Positions 1-8,267 are shown, counted from the stretch's first letter. The stretch: DNA of 20,000 nt from an uncultured virus (IMG/VR IMGVR_UViG_3300032288_005130) (IMGVR_UViG_3300032288_005130); one strand, 5' to 3'. Numbers and translations are program-made. Notes: a model not told the origin generated them from the letters alone.

Positions 1-134
1 TCACCTCTTACAGATATAATCTGTCTTTTAATTTCCTCAGTATAATCAGAGCAAACTCCTCTTGTGATTATCTCATAAAGATCAATAGGTCTTAATGATT
101 TCATTAATTTATATGTACTTACATTCCAATTCAT
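1..134 (-). CDS. Partial hypothetical protein (MNWNVSTYKLMKSLRPIDLYEIITRGVCSDY...), runs off the window
   Basis: My translation; its ATG overlaps the TGA of 131..475 (ATGA coupling) and the frame is open to base 1. Confidence 0.7.
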   Translation of the reverse strand, partial: MNWNVSTYKLMKSLRPIDLYEIITRGVCSDYTEEIKRQIISVRG

Positions 135-475
135 ATTCCTAATTGACTTAATTTTCTATCTCTAATTACTTGTTTTGTTATATCTGTTATAACTACTTGA
201 TGAAATGCACAAAAACACTCCTTGTTTGGATTAAAATCTGGATGTGAATTATTACAATCATCATATCCTGTTGAAGTCCAACCTTGTTTAGTTATCTTTT
301 TTAATTTAAGTTGAATTGGATAAAACTTCATATTAAATGATCCATTTACATAAGTAATCATATCACCATAAATATCATTAAACTCTGTAGTTATGGTATC
401 ACCTTCTCTTAACTCATATCTTGAATTACCATTCAATAAACACCAACCATCAGTCATTATTCTATACAATCTCAT
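131..475 (-). CDS. Hypothetical protein, C-tag class (...RDRKLSQLGI)
   Basis: 114 aa ORF, ATGA-coupled at both ends, shared C-terminal motif. Confidence 0.85.
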   Translation of the reverse strand: MRLYRIMTDGWCLLNGNSRYELREGDTITTEFNDIYGDMITYVNGSFNMKFYPIQLKLKKITKQGWTSTGYDDCNNSHPDFNPNKECFCAFHQVVITDITKQVIRDRKLSQLGI

Positions 476-858
476 ATTCCTAAATCATTTAACTTTTGAT
501 CTCTTAATTCTATCTTCTTTAACTCATACCAATCATTTAACATATCTCTACTCTCAACGCCACTATTAATATAAACACCTTCTCTTATATTTTTTATAAC
601 TGATTCTGGTTTATCTAACTCAAACCAACTAAGTGGAAAGTTTTTAGAAAATGACTTTTTTGTTTCCCAGTTTCTCATCACAATTCTTATATAACCACCA
701 TTTATAGCTTTATTACCAGGAATATGTTTATAGATAGTGAATATCATAGTCATATGATCATCTTCATATTGTCTTTCATCATCATCACCTGGGTTTAATA
801 TAACCATCCTCATTTGATTGACAAAATGATTATCTAATATGTCAAAAAACTTACTCAA
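472..858 (-). CDS. Hypothetical protein, C-tag class (...RDQKLNDLGI)
   Basis: 128 aa ORF in coupled run, shared C-terminal motif. Confidence 0.85.
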   Translation of the reverse strand: MSKFFDILDNHFVNQMRMVILNPGDDDERQYEDDHMTMIFTIYKHIPGNKAINGGYIRIVMRNWETKKSFSKNFPLSWFELDKPESVIKNIREGVYINSGVESRDMLNDWYELKKIELRDQKLNDLGI

Positions 859-1057
859 TTCCTAAATTCTTTAATCTTTTTTCTCTAAATTCTTCTAATG
901 TAATAAACAATCTTGTGTCAAATAACACCTTATCACCTAAATCATCTTCAATGTAATAATTGAGTTGACTTAATATCACATTAATATTTATAGTATCATA
1001 AGTCTTACCAACTGTTACTCTATTATTTCTATCAGACTTTATACAAATCACTTTCAT
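851..1057 (-). CDS. Small beta-rich (SH3-like/DUF6501-like) protein, C-tag class
   Basis: KVICI..VTVGKTY..YYIEDDLG..F pattern shared with 5 paralogs in the window; ends REKRLKNLGIE. Family name is by-eye resemblance. Confidence 0.8.
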   Translation of the reverse strand: MKVICIKSDRNNRVTVGKTYDTININVILSQLNYYIEDDLGDKVLFDTRLFITLEEFREKRLKNLGIE

Positions 1058-1084
1058 ACTTTTTAATTTATTAAAAAGAGTCTT

Positions 1085-1369
1085 TTAGACTATTCCTAAA
1101 TCATTTAGCTTTTGATCTCTTTCGGTTGATTTCAAAAATGGACATTGTTGAGGTGTTTTCTCATCAGTTAAAACAAATAAAAAGAAGGGATATCCTGTAC
1201 TATTAGTGTCTACTTCTTTACCATACATATCTAACTTCTTACAAACACTTTCATATTCTGGATTCATTCCAGATTTAAGCATTCGGTATTCATAATATTT
1301 ACAAAACATACAAGACCAATATCTTTGTTCGGGTATTACTACTTGTTGAGGTCCTTCATTTAATTCCAT
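1085..1369 (-). CDS. Cys-rich putative metal-binding protein, C-tag class
   Basis: CMFC...C...CPF; ends RDQKLNDLGIV; first gene behind a TATATTTG box. Confidence 0.8.
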   Translation of the reverse strand: MELNEGPQQVVIPEQRYWSCMFCKYYEYRMLKSGMNPEYESVCKKLDMYGKEVDTNSTGYPFFLFVLTDEKTPQQCPFLKSTERDQKLNDLGIV

Positions 1370-1373
1370 CTAA

Positions 1374-1404
1374 CAAATATAACAATTTTATTTCTGAAAT
1401 CAAA
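1374..1404 (-). promoter_or_regulatory. Bacteroidota-type primary sigma promoter (TTTG-N19-TATATTTG)
   Basis: Plus strand CAAATATA 1374-1381 and CAAA 1401-1404; matches the -33 TTTG / -7 TAnnTTTG consensus; 4 nt from the ATG at 1369. Confidence 0.75.
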
Positions 1405-1407
1405 AAT

Positions 1408-1416
1408 TAATATATA
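1408..1416 (+). promoter_or_regulatory. Putative phage (late-type) promoter motif TAATATATA
   Basis: ATATATA-N4-start geometry recurs before N-tag genes at 1421, 2332, 8272 and 13124(-). Confidence 0.5.
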
Positions 1417-1420
1417 CTAA

Positions 1421-1888
1421 ATGAGATACTTAAAAATATTTGAGGATTTTAACAATAATATATTATTGGATGTCAATGATATTCTTCTTGAATTGGAAGA
1501 TATTGGATTCACTACTAATATAATAACTCAAGATTATAAAGGTAGTCCTAATAAAATAGTTATTACTATTAGTAAGGAAAAAAATATTATAGAAGATGAG
1601 GGTGGTGAAGATGAACATATAGTAACTGAGCAATCTGATTTTAATTTATCCGAAATTGAAGATGTTGTATTAAGACTTCGTAGTTTCTTAGAAACATCAG
1701 GATTTAACCTATTTCATTGTGATTATTATACAATGATTGATGGAAAAAATGGATTTTTTTCTATAAAAAAAGAAAATTTTATTATACCAAACTTAATAGC
1801 TGATGAATTCAGAATAAGTTTTGTTAAAGATGTTAGTATACTCTTAAAACAGGCGCTTGGTTCTAATGCTAACAATATTCATACCTGA
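1421..1888 (+). CDS. Hypothetical protein, N-tag class (MRYLKIFEDF), DILLELxDxG domain family
   Basis: 155 aa; DVNDILLELEDIGF...IEDVVLRLRSFL shared with paralogs. Confidence 0.85.
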   Translation: MRYLKIFEDFNNNILLDVNDILLELEDIGFTTNIITQDYKGSPNKIVITISKEKNIIEDEGGEDEHIVTEQSDFNLSEIEDVVLRLRSFLETSGFNLFHCDYYTMIDGKNGFFSIKKENFIIPNLIADEFRISFVKDVSILLKQALGSNANNIHT

Positions 1889-1908
1889 TATAAATAACAA
1901 AATAATAT

Positions 1909-2313
1909 ATGAAACATCTAAAATCATACAAAATATTTGAATCTATACCAAAGTCAAAATTAGAATCAGATGTCAGAGACATATTCCTTGAGTTGGATGA
2001 TGAAGGTTTTGATGTTGACGTTTCATTAAGCAATCCATGGACAATTGCGATATCTAAAAAAACCATATTTAAGTGGTCAGATGTTTCTGATGTTATTGAG
2101 AGAGCTAAAGAGGTAATTGAGAATACTGGAGATTGGAAAGCAAGTGAATATTGTGTTGCTTACCATCAGAGAAGTTCCGTAATAAAGGGAACAGAATATT
2201 TCGAAAACTATGATGAGTTTATAGATTTTGTTTCAGATGATGTGATATACGGAATATATGAAATAGCTTTCATATTTGACTTAGTTAACTTTACAAAACG
2301 AAACTCTTACTAG
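1909..2313 (+). CDS. Hypothetical protein, N-tag class (MKHLKSYKIFES), DILLELxDxG family
   Basis: 134 aa; full-length paralog of 12696..13124. Confidence 0.9.
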   Translation: MKHLKSYKIFESIPKSKLESDVRDIFLELDDEGFDVDVSLSNPWTIAISKKTIFKWSDVSDVIERAKEVIENTGDWKASEYCVAYHQRSSVIKGTEYFENYDEFIDFVSDDVIYGIYEIAFIFDLVNFTKRNSY

Positions 2314-2331
2314 AAAACCAATATATACAAA

Positions 2332-2889
2332 GTGAAACATCTAAAATCATATAAAATATTTGAATCCTCTGAAGATCTAAAGTATAGTGATAGAGATATC
2401 ACTAATAAATATTATTGTGCTTTAGGTTGGGTTAGATATACCGATGCTCATAAAGATTCTTATATTGATATTGAAAAGTATTTTGACATAGAATGGGACC
2501 ATATAGGATGGATATTGGAAGATTTTGTTACTAAGTGTGATTTACTTTATAGTTGTTCAGTTCGTGATAGGAGAGGTATGTTTTTATCTCACGAAGATTC
2601 AGATGGTGTTGCTGATAGTATAACAATTGATTTTACACCTGAGAAATTTGATAGAGTTGGTGGTCATAAAGGTGTGAATTTTAGAAAGCATCTTAGTAGA
2701 TTCACACATTTTCCACCAAGAAAAGGAGATGAGTTAATATCATTATTAAGAGGTATTGAAGATAAGTTGGAAGAGAGTTTTCCTTATTTAACAATAGTAG
2801 ATGAGGAGAATGTTGAAGATGAAGGTTTAAATAAGTGGAATCTATTTATAACATCATCTCAGATAACATTAAAGATTAAAAGAAAATGA
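2332..2889 (+). CDS. Hypothetical protein, N-tag class (GTG start, KHLKSYKIFES)
   Basis: 185 aa; tag DNA nearly identical to 1909 and 2886; CAATATATA 4 nt upstream. Confidence 0.85.
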   Translation: MKHLKSYKIFESSEDLKYSDRDITNKYYCALGWVRYTDAHKDSYIDIEKYFDIEWDHIGWILEDFVTKCDLLYSCSVRDRRGMFLSHEDSDGVADSITIDFTPEKFDRVGGHKGVNFRKHLSRFTHFPPRKGDELISLLRGIEDKLEESFPYLTIVDEENVEDEGLNKWNLFITSSQITLKIKRK

Positions 2890-3344
2890 AACATCTAAAA
2901 TCATATAAAATATTTGAATCTATTGATATTCTTAATGATATCAGAGATATTCTAAAAGAATTAGAAGATATAGGTTATTCTACTTATGTTCAATGGACAC
3001 CACTGACAATTGCTGGATATCCAAGGAAAAAAGAAATAATGATTCAGATAAATAAAATGAAGAAGAAGTCATTTATAGTGAGTGAAGAAGATTTAGAAAC
3101 AATAATATTAACATTTGAACATTTAGATAGTTTTTTAAGTGATTCAAAATTTAAAATAAAAAGCTTCTTCTTTGATAATTCTTCATATAATCTTCTTACT
3201 AATTCAATCACTGAAGGTAAATCATTTAGAGAAATATTTACAAATTTTTATAAAGAATACAAAGATTCTCACAGCTATTTTATACTTCCAGAAAGTTTAG
3301 GTGATATAGGAGATTACATACAATTAATATTAGTAGAAAAATGA
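2886..3344 (+). CDS. Hypothetical protein, N-tag class, DILLELxDxG family
   Basis: 152 aa; MKHLKSYKIFES then DIRDILKELEDIGY. Confidence 0.85.
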   Translation: MKHLKSYKIFESIDILNDIRDILKELEDIGYSTYVQWTPLTIAGYPRKKEIMIQINKMKKKSFIVSEEDLETIILTFEHLDSFLSDSKFKIKSFFFDNSSYNLLTNSITEGKSFREIFTNFYKEYKDSHSYFILPESLGDIGDYIQLILVEK

Positions 3345-3796
3345 GATACTTAAAAACATATAAAATATTTGAATCTATCGAAGATGGCTTAGATAAAGAA
3401 GACACTAAAAATGTATTTGAGTCATATATCAATTGGAATATGATACATAATTTGAAAGATATAGCACTAGAGTATTTAGATAATGGTTTGACCCTAATTG
3501 TTAGAATTAGATATAATGACGAGGCATATCATAAAGAAAAATACACAAATATTATTTATACCATATGTTTTAAGCATGAATGTGATGTTTCTACATTTTC
3601 TACTCCATCATTCAATATTTATAACTTAGAACCTATTGATAAGAGTCGTATTCAATATCACATTTTTATTGTTAATAAAGATGTTGATACTATGAAAAAA
3701 GAAACTTCTGAAGTTATTGAAATTTTAGGTGACATGTACCCTGAAATTAAAAATAATCTATTTCCAGTAATAAAACCAGAAACATTGAAGAAATGA
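3341..3796 (+). CDS. Hypothetical protein, N-tag class (MRYLKTYKIFES)
   Basis: 151 aa; diverged LKDIALEYLDNG motif; ATGA coupling. Confidence 0.85.
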   Translation: MRYLKTYKIFESIEDGLDKEDTKNVFESYINWNMIHNLKDIALEYLDNGLTLIVRIRYNDEAYHKEKYTNIIYTICFKHECDVSTFSTPSFNIYNLEPIDKSRIQYHIFIVNKDVDTMKKETSEVIEILGDMYPEIKNNLFPVIKPETLKK

Positions 3797-4566
3797 AACA
3801 TATAAAACCATATAAAATATTTGAATCAAACGACTTACTTTTAGATGTTGAAGATATTCTTTTAGAACTAAAAGATGAAGGATATAGAGTAGATGTAAGC
3901 ATGACACCTCAAGGTGTTGATGCCTTTTATATAGAAGTATCAAATGATAATCTATTTCAATGGTCGGATGTTGAAGAATGTGTTACAAGATCAAAAGATT
4001 ACACTTGTTCAAACGGTTGGAAATTAGTAAAAATTAATCTCGGTTTCTATGGACCAGTTGTTAGAATTAAAGAGTTTATGACCTTTTCTGGTTCAAATTG
4101 GAATTACTTTATACACTATATAACTCATCCAGAATTCATTAAGAATAATAAGATATATGAGATATCTTTAGTATTTGAATCAAATAAACATGTTATGAAG
4201 TTACCAAACTGGGCTAAAACATTTGAATCAAATGACAATTTCCTACTAGATTGTCAAGATATTCTTTTAGAACTAAAAGATAACGGATTTGATGTCCAAT
4301 TTAGATTCTATCCTAATTATAATAATCCTGAGGCTGAACTACTAGCCGAAATAAACATCTCTAAAAGAGATGAATCTAATATGAATAAACCATATAACTT
4401 CGAAGAAATAAGCGAATCAATCTTTAGATTAAATGACTTTCTTAAATTAAATAACAAAAAAGCAACTATATATGAAAGTCCTCAATATAACGATCTAGAT
4501 TATATAGTAAAAACTTGGGGTAAATACTATAGACTAAAAAGATTAACTATCTACTTAGAGCAATAA
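3793..4566 (+). CDS. Two-domain N-tag protein (tandem DILLELKDxG units)
   Basis: 257 aa; FESNDLLLDVEDILLELKDEG and FESNDNFLLDCQDILLELKDNG. Confidence 0.9.
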   Translation: MKHIKPYKIFESNDLLLDVEDILLELKDEGYRVDVSMTPQGVDAFYIEVSNDNLFQWSDVEECVTRSKDYTCSNGWKLVKINLGFYGPVVRIKEFMTFSGSNWNYFIHYITHPEFIKNNKIYEISLVFESNKHVMKLPNWAKTFESNDNFLLDCQDILLELKDNGFDVQFRFYPNYNNPEAELLAEINISKRDESNMNKPYNFEEISESIFRLNDFLKLNNKKATIYESPQYNDLDYIVKTWGKYYRLKRLTIYLEQ

Positions 4567-4944
4567 CTTTTCCAACTTCATATCTCTCAACTCTTCCTTA
4601 ATAGGAAGGACATTGAGAGCATGTCTATTATCAAATACATAACCCTCAGTCCGACCAGGATAACTAACAAAAATCTCATCATCACTCTTAATTCTAACCA
4701 TATAATGACCCATATCACGAACATGTTCAATTATAGTCCAAATATCATCACCATAGGTATGAACATCATTTTCTGGGTAATTAGATCTAATATTAACCTT
4801 ATGAACCTTCATACCAATAGGATACCACTTCTTCAATAATTCCAATTGAAAATCAATAGGAGTATAATTAAACCTCTTTTTCTCCAACATAGTGTGATTA
4901 AAGTAATCCCACTTTTTTAAATATTTCTTACCAAAAGTACTCAT
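4555..4944 (-). CDS. Hypothetical protein, C-tag class (...RDMKLEKLLL)
   Basis: 129 aa; last gene of a 13-gene minus-strand run. Confidence 0.8.
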   Translation of the reverse strand: MSTFGKKYLKKWDYFNHTMLEKKRFNYTPIDFQLELLKKWYPIGMKVHKVNIRSNYPENDVHTYGDDIWTIIEHVRDMGHYMVRIKSDDEIFVSYPGRTEGYVFDNRHALNVLPIKEELRDMKLEKLLL

Positions 4945-5180
4945 TCTAATATCTTACCTAAATTATGATCTCTCATAACAACTTTTAATTCATCCAATAT
5001 TAACTTAACATGTGAACCATTGCCACCTGAATAACCATTATAGTATTCAGGAACATTTATATCCCAGGTTTTAATAATATTCCATATCGCTTCAAACTGA
5101 GGAGAAGCCATTTCTTCAGGAGTTGGATTAGGCATCTCCTTTTTTAGGACATTCCAACCTAATCTACTAATTTTCGCCAT
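4941..5180 (-). CDS. Hypothetical protein, C-tag class (...RDHNLGKILE)
   Basis: 79 aa coupled ORF. Confidence 0.8.
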   Translation of the reverse strand: MAKISRLGWNVLKKEMPNPTPEEMASPQFEAIWNIIKTWDINVPEYYNGYSGGNGSHVKLILDELKVVMRDHNLGKILE

Positions 5181-5400
5181 CTTCTAATATCTCATTTAAT
5201 TGTTTTTCACGCCATTCTTCCAATGTAACAAATCTACCGACTGAATAATCTCTAATAACACCATCATCACAAGTAATGGTATATTGGGCAGCGGGACCAC
5301 CTGAAGTTTCATAAACTTTACCAATAGTAAGACCTAGTTTAATTGGGTCTATTAAATCACCTGATCTTTTTAAATTATTATCTATACAAACTATCTTCAT
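5167..5400 (-). CDS. SH3-like/DUF6501-like small protein, C-tag class
   Basis: KIVCI..LTIGKVYE..YTITCDDG..FVTLEEWREKQLNEIL. Confidence 0.85.
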   Translation of the reverse strand: MKIVCIDNNLKRSGDLIDPIKLGLTIGKVYETSGGPAAQYTITCDDGVIRDYSVGRFVTLEEWREKQLNEILEDGEN

Positions 5401-5708
5401 TATATTCCTAATTCTTTTAATTTTTTATCTCTTAGTTCTTGTTTTGTTAGTTGAAATTCTGACCAACCAGAATCATATCTTTTTAAATCATAACCTAAAT
5501 TTTTATAATAAGTCATAGAATGAACAGGAATAAAATGAATATTATTGAGTTGTTTATAATAACACCTCGAACATATTCTAACATTCCTGAGTAATGTATT
5601 TTCAACACCATTTGGTGTCGATTTAGTTACACTACCAGAAATTATATAAGTAACATCCTCTACAGAATATTCCCACTTATGTCCAAATACCTTACACTTA
5701 AAACTCAT
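5400..5708 (-). CDS. Putative Zn-binding protein (DUF1660-like CKxFGHKW...CxxC), C-tag class
   Basis: MSFKCKVFGHKW...RICSRC; ends RDKKLKELGI. Confidence 0.85.
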   Translation of the reverse strand: MSFKCKVFGHKWEYSVEDVTYIISGSVTKSTPNGVENTLLRNVRICSRCYYKQLNNIHFIPVHSMTYYKNLGYDLKRYDSGWSEFQLTKQELRDKKLKELGI

Positions 5709-5944
5709 ATTCCTAATTCCGCTAATTTCTTATTCCTTAACTCTTCTTGTGTGATAAAGAACTCAGAATCAAACTTTCTTAATTTACCATCATTACAAAT
5801 AACAATATATGATGGTGGTACAGGTAGATAAGTATTTGGATCATACATAGTAGGAGTTAAATCTCCTTCATACCAATTATTTAATGTTAGACATTCATCA
5901 TTCTGCCAATAATACGGCATTGGTTTAATTAATAAAATTTTCAT
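5705..5944 (-). CDS. SH3-like small protein, C-tag class
   Basis: LTLNNWYE..YIVICNDG..FFITQEELRNKKLAELGI. Confidence 0.85.
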   Translation of the reverse strand: MKILLIKPMPYYWQNDECLTLNNWYEGDLTPTMYDPNTYLPVPPSYIVICNDGKLRKFDSEFFITQEELRNKKLAELGI

Positions 5945-6204
5945 ATTCCTAATTCCGATAATTTCTTATCTCTTAACTCTTCTGTACTTAAAACATATTC
6001 ACACCAGTCAGTTTTTTCTCTACCAGTATAATGGTCTCTTATCTGTTTATAATAACACCTACTACAAATTCTAAAATCTTTTTTATACATCACAGTAAAT
6101 CCTGGTATAGACATATGACTATTACTAGTGGCAGGTATCATATATGAAATATCTTCCTTATAAACATTCCACTTATGTCCAAATATCTTACACTTAAAAC
6201 TCAT
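5941..6204 (-). CDS. Putative Zn-binding protein (DUF1660-like), C-tag class
   Basis: MSFKCKIFGHKW...RICSRCYYKQ; paralog of 5400..5708. Confidence 0.85.
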   Translation of the reverse strand: MSFKCKIFGHKWNVYKEDISYMIPATSNSHMSIPGFTVMYKKDFRICSRCYYKQIRDHYTGREKTDWCEYVLSTEELRDKKLSELGI

Positions 6205-6425
6205 ATTCCTAAACTTATTAACTTTTCTTCTCTTACCGAAGATAAGGATTTAAAACATTGCTTTGGGTATTTAGTTAAATCATTATTATCATTAATTATT
6301 TGATATTCAGGTAGACTCAGATAAACATCCTCTCCTAATACCTCATACCATTTACCTATAGTTATAAACCCATAACTATGATTACTCATAGTTGGATCAT
6401 TAACACTTATACAAATAATTTTCAT
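6201..6425 (-). CDS. SH3-like/DUF6501-like small protein, C-tag class
   Basis: KIICI..ITIGKWYEV..YQIINDN..F; ends REEKLISLGI. Confidence 0.85.
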   Translation of the reverse strand: MKIICISVNDPTMSNHSYGFITIGKWYEVLGEDVYLSLPEYQIINDNNDLTKYPKQCFKSLSSVREEKLISLGI

Positions 6426-6430
6426 TTCAA

Positions 6431-6655
6431 TTATATACCCAATTCCTCTAATTTAATATCTCTCCAATCTTCTAATGTGTAAAAACTAGAATCCTGATGC
6501 CAACATTCAGTACCAAAATCATCTATTATTTGATATTCTATAGCAGGTTTTGTATCACCACCAGTTGACTCAACAAACCAAGCATTCCTAGTATTAATAA
6601 CACTATATAACTTACCTTGTGTTAAAAATAAAGCACCTTTACCAACCACTATCAT
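6431..6655 (-). CDS. SH3-like/DUF6501-like small protein, C-tag class
   Basis: LTQGKLYSV..YQIIDDFG..FYTLEDWRDIKLEELGI. Confidence 0.85.
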   Translation of the reverse strand: MIVVGKGALFLTQGKLYSVINTRNAWFVESTGGDTKPAIEYQIIDDFGTECWHQDSSFYTLEDWRDIKLEELGI

Positions 6656-6885
6656 ATACCCAATTGCTTTAACTTCCTATCCCTTAACTCTTCCTTTGAT
6701 AACTTATCCCAATCTGCCCAGCCATTACCATTATTATATCTTTGTTTCTTATGACAATTTTGACATATTCTAACATGTGTATTTATAGTAATTTTTGTAC
6801 CAATACTACTTATCCAATGGATATCTTCCTTACTCCAATCCCAATCATGTTGATTAAATAAACATTTAAAACTTGACCAATTCAT
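6652..6885 (-). CDS. Putative Zn-binding protein (DUF1660-like), C-tag class
   Basis: FKCLFNQHDW...RICQNC; ends RDRKLKQLGI. Confidence 0.85.
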   Translation of the reverse strand: MNWSSFKCLFNQHDWDWSKEDIHWISSIGTKITINTHVRICQNCHKKQRYNNGNGWADWDKLSKEELRDRKLKQLGI

Positions 6886-7223
6886 ATACCTAACACCTTA
6901 TTAATTTTCTTTTCCCTCCATAACGCCTTATCTATTACAACATCTTTCTTTATATCATTTACCCAATCCTCAAAACTAATAGAAAAAGATAAACTATAGA
7001 AATTTCTATACTTAACACTACTCCAATTAGAATATAAAGCTTCTTTTTGTTTTAATGTAACACAATCCCACCAATCTTTACCTACAATAAGGCAAATAGC
7101 TTCTGAAAATTTCTTTAATTCTCTTTCTCTTTCTCTTCTCCGCTTACGCTCAGAATCTGGTTGATCTAACTTATCAATCTGCTTATTCCAAGAATTAATT
7201 GTTCTTCTATCTTTATACTTCAT
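6882..7223 (-). CDS. Hypothetical basic helical protein, C-tag class
   Basis: 113 aa; ends REKKINKVLGI. Confidence 0.8.
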   Translation of the reverse strand: MKYKDRRTINSWNKQIDKLDQPDSERKRRRERERELKKFSEAICLIVGKDWWDCVTLKQKEALYSNWSSVKYRNFYSLSFSISFEDWVNDIKKDVVIDKALWREKKINKVLGI

Positions 7224-7225
7224 AA

Positions 7226-7756
7226 CTAACTCAATAAGGATTTCAACGCAGCATCCCTTATCTCTGCCTTTAATCCACCAAGTGGAACATTTATATTAAT
7301 ACCTTCACCTTTAATAATCATTTTTACCGTCTTTTTGGTATACTTACCAAAAATAGTTGCTTTATATAAATTACACTGAAAACCAGCAGTAATTAGATTA
7401 GTAGCAACTGATGAACTATCAGTAACAATCACAACATACTTATCACCATCTATATCGGATTTTAATTTACCACCACCATTTTTATACTCTCTTAGTAAGG
7501 TATTAATATTAGAAGTACTTCTAGATGTAATTGAATATTCACCTGAATCAAAACATGATTTTAATTCTTCTAACACATCCCAAGTAGAATATTCACCACA
7601 TTTGACTACATTGATAACCCCTTTTCTAAATCCAAGTGGATTAGTTTGCTGTGTGCTAAGATAAAGTTCTTTGGCTAAATTTGATATAAGTAACCAATCA
7701 GGACTTTCTTTAAGTAATTCAGTTGATATTATTTCTTTGCTCATATTCATTCCCAT
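7226..7756 (-). CDS. Hypothetical protein, C-tag class (...RDAALKSLLS)
   Basis: 176 aa; three candidate Met starts (MGMNM). Confidence 0.8.
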   Translation of the reverse strand: MGMNMSKEIISTELLKESPDWLLISNLAKELYLSTQQTNPLGFRKGVINVVKCGEYSTWDVLEELKSCFDSGEYSITSRSTSNINTLLREYKNGGGKLKSDIDGDKYVVIVTDSSSVATNLITAGFQCNLYKATIFGKYTKKTVKMIIKGEGININVPLGGLKAEIRDAALKSLLS

Positions 7757-7962
7757 ATTTGTTCAATTTTTCTTGCTCTTTCCTCATCAATTGGATAAAA
7801 CTTATCTTTAGTGTACCAAAAGTTTTGACCATTATCATTAATTATCCTATACCCAACATTGTCAATCTCAGTAACCCTATATGACTTATCTGGAGTTATA
7901 CTCTTTGACATAATAGATATGTTATCCAAGATATCATAATTTTTTTTACACCTAACTATCAT
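7747..7962 (-). CDS. SH3-like/DUF6501-like small protein, degenerate C-tag
   Basis: IVRC..ITPDKSYRV..YRIINDNG..F; ends RARKIEQIWE. Confidence 0.8.
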   Translation of the reverse strand: MIVRCKKNYDILDNISIMSKSITPDKSYRVTEIDNVGYRIINDNGQNFWYTKDKFYPIDEERARKIEQIWE

Positions 7963-8240
7963 ATTCCTAATTCTTTTAATTTCTTTTGCCTAACTAGTAT
8001 CAAATATTCTGACCAATCAATTACAACCGTAGCAGCTTTAATACTATTACTCTGATCACCAAACATAGTTAAATTATTCTTATACCTAACATCCCACATA
8101 TCATAATAAACTAAAATATTGCCATCATCAGTATTAACACCTTTAATCTTAATATCATATACAATATCATCAAAAATATCATTTTGCTTAAACAAAACAA
8201 TATCCCTAATCAATTCCCAATCTAACTCTTTTAGATCCAT
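7959..8240 (-). CDS. Hypothetical protein, C-tag class; start revised to MDLKEL (93 aa)
   Basis: TATATTTG box at 8246-8253 lies inside the longer ORF call, 5 nt before the ATG at 8240; ends RQKKLKELGI. Confidence 0.8.
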   Translation of the reverse strand: MDLKELDWELIRDIVLFKQNDIFDDIVYDIKIKGVNTDDGNILVYYDMWDVRYKNNLTMFGDQSNSIKAATVVIDWSEYLILVRQKKLKELGI

Positions 8241-8245
8241 GTTTA

Positions 8246-8267
8246 CAAATATACAAAATAATATATA
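8246..8267. promoter_or_regulatory. Back-to-back promoter motifs: TATATTTG (minus, 8246-8253) and TAATATATA (plus, 8259-8267)
   Basis: 31-bp divergent gap between ATGs at 8240 and 8272; same architecture as 1370-1420. Confidence 0.65.

Noticed and set aside
1059..1078. Hairpin CTTTTTAAT-TT-ATTAAAAAG as a terminator
   Set aside because: Almost all A/T with a 2-nt loop, inside a probable operon; expected by chance at this composition
1421..1460. N-tag as a Sec or lipoprotein signal peptide
   Set aside because: No hydrophobic h-region or lipobox
1869..2066. Minus-strand ORF (likewise 3758..3943, 4621..4839, 8679..8903, 9314..9652, 10710..10976)
   Set aside because: Antisense shadows of better-supported tagged genes; no motifs or translational coupling
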